This document shows, in pieces, positions 63,073 through 64,000 of a stretch of DNA of 64,000 nucleotides. The stretch's first letter is position 1; every line of letters starts with the position of its first letter. The notes under the pieces were generated by a model, which was given only the letters and a program-made list of their open reading frames with translations, was not told the DNA's origin and did not search any database. The stretch is from Candidatus Blautia stercorigallinarum (lineage in GTDB: Bacteria; Bacillota; Clostridia; Lachnospirales; Lachnospiraceae): positions 5,360 through 69,359 of the forward strand of contig DXIQ01000017.1 of the NCBI GenBank assembly GCA_019112785.1, read 5' to 3'. Position numbers and translations under genes: made by a program.

Positions 63073-64000
63073 CTAAAAGGATTTTTCCAGTTTCTCCACC
63101 ATCTCATCAATATCTGCCTTAGTAATGATCAGAGGCGGAACAAAACGCAGTACATCTGATCCTGCGGAAAGGACAAAAAGACCGTTTTCAATCGCTTTAT
63201 TTATGATCTCGCCCACAGGTCTGCCGCTGACCACCAGTCCCTGCATCAGGCCTTTTCCTCTTCTTTCTGTAAGGAAATCATATTTTTCCACCAGTTTGTC
63301 CAGTTTTTCTTCCAGATAAGGGGCTGTCTCCTGAACATGCTCCAGGATCTTTTCTTCTTCAAAAAGATCAAAGACTTTGCTCACTGCACAGCAGGCCAGA
63401 GGATTTCCGCCGTATGTAGTCCCATGATCTCCCGGGGCCAGAGAATTCCCGGCTGTTTTTTCATTTAACACAAAAGCTCCCACCGGAACGCCGCAGCCCA
63501 GGGCTTTGGCACAGGTCATAATATCCGGCATAACCCCATAAGACTGGAATGCAAACATAGTTCCGGTCCTTCCCATACCGCACTGGATCTCATCTAAGAT
63601 CAGCAGGATATCTTTCTCATCGCAGAGTTTCCTAAGCCCCTGGAGGAATTCCCGGCTGGCGGGATAAATCCCTCCTTCTCCCTGGACAGGTTCCAGGATA
63701 ATGGCGCAGGTTTTCTCAGTGATCTGGGCTTTCACACTGTCAAGGTCATTAAAATCCGCGAACCGTATCCCTCCGATCAGGGGTTTAAAAGGCTCCTGAT
63801 AATGAGCATTTCCTGTTACAGACAAAGCCCCCAGGCTTCTTCCATGGAAAGAATGACGCATGGCAATGATCTCATGATCTGTACTCTGGTCCTTCAGCCA
63901 GGCATATTTTCTGGCTGCTTTGATGGCTCCTTCAATAGCCTCTGTCCCACTGTTGGTAAAAAAAACTTTGCTGAGTCCGGAAGCTTTGAGAAGTTTTTCT
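63073..64000 (-). CDS. class III PLP-dependent aminotransferase, acetylornithine aminotransferase (ArgD)-like; N-terminus lies right of the window
   Basis: The track ORF starts at an internal Met. The frame stays open to the window edge (…VFFTNSGTEAIEGAIKAARKY…MRHSFHGRSLGALS…). The DEIQCGMGRTG and TCAKALG (Lys) motifs are present. Confidence 0.85.
   Translation of the reverse strand, partial: EKLLKASGLSKVFFTNSGTEAIEGAIKAARKYAWLKDQSTDHEIIAMRHSFHGRSLGALSVTGNAHYQEPFKPLIGGIRFADFNDLDSVKAQITEKTCAIILEPVQGEGGIYPASREFLQGLRKLCDEKDILLILDEIQCGMGRTGTMFAFQSYGVMPDIMTCAKALGCGVPVGAFVLNEKTAGNSLAPGDHGTTYGGNPLACCAVSKVFDLFEEEKILEHVQETAPYLEEKLDKLVEKYDFLTERRGKGLMQGLVVSGRPVGEIINKAIENGLFVLSAGSDVLRFVPPLIITKADIDEMVEKLEKSF

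Noticed and set aside
1-64000. Search for CRISPR arrays, transposases/IS ends, integrases, prophage genes, toxin-antitoxin pairs, restriction-modification or other defence systems, and rRNA genes
   Set aside because: I found no regularly spaced direct repeats. None of the translated ORFs shows DDE/serine/tyrosine recombinase, nuclease-methylase or phage structural motifs. The only dispersed repeat seen is the 47-nt element. The accessory DNA here is glycan-related rather than mobile-element or defence-related.

Overview
This 64-kb window looks like chromosome from a spore-forming Firmicute. The proteins look Clostridia/Lachnospiraceae-like, but that assignment is inference from protein sequences only. 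Hand counts on single 100-nt samples give roughly 45-50% GC in core genes.

About 50 genes are present and nearly all are on the minus strand. Only four protein genes (M42 peptidase, carbamate-kinase-like, DD-carboxypeptidase, rpsT) and two tRNA genes are on the plus strand. The long plus-strand ORFs in the track are antisense shadows.

Core content:
- FprA-type flavoprotein (partial), uppP, carAB, two identical tRNA-Leu(CAG) genes, clpX, htrA-like protease
- azlCD, ptsH, cdaA-cdaR, recD2-comFC, mreB, uvrA (with a LexA-box-like site), a CBS protein, hemW, lepA
- spoIIP, gpr, rpsT, holA, comEC, comEA, a WalRK-like two-component system, and an argD-like aminotransferase (partial)

Accessory content, the main interest:
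1. A cell-wall glycopolymer locus at about 14-29 kb. It has an ABC-2 exporter (Wzm/Wzt-like), two paralogous double-GT2 enzymes, a polyprenyl-phosphate sugar-phosphotransferase, a CapD/WbpM-like dehydratase, an LCP ligase, and an orphan bitopic protein.
2. A five-gene lipid-linked glycan-decoration module at 44.7-52.2 kb: Wzx-like flippase, GtrB/CsbB-like GT2, a GT-B enzyme, YfhO and Ugd. It sits exactly in the otherwise Bacillus-like spoIIP-lepA junction, and part of it is visibly AT-rich.

Other observations:
- a 47-nt hairpin-containing repeat present twice
- a 242-nt untranslated spacer inside the glycan locus
- a terminator-like hairpin between the response regulator and kinase genes
- a GerMN lipoprotein where YycH/YycI would sit
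- HPr where glmM normally follows cdaA-cdaR
- several palindromic operator candidates

I saw no CRISPR array, transposase, integrase, prophage or recognisable defence system. Every functional call rests on my reading of the translated ORFs and on motif recall, not on database searches.
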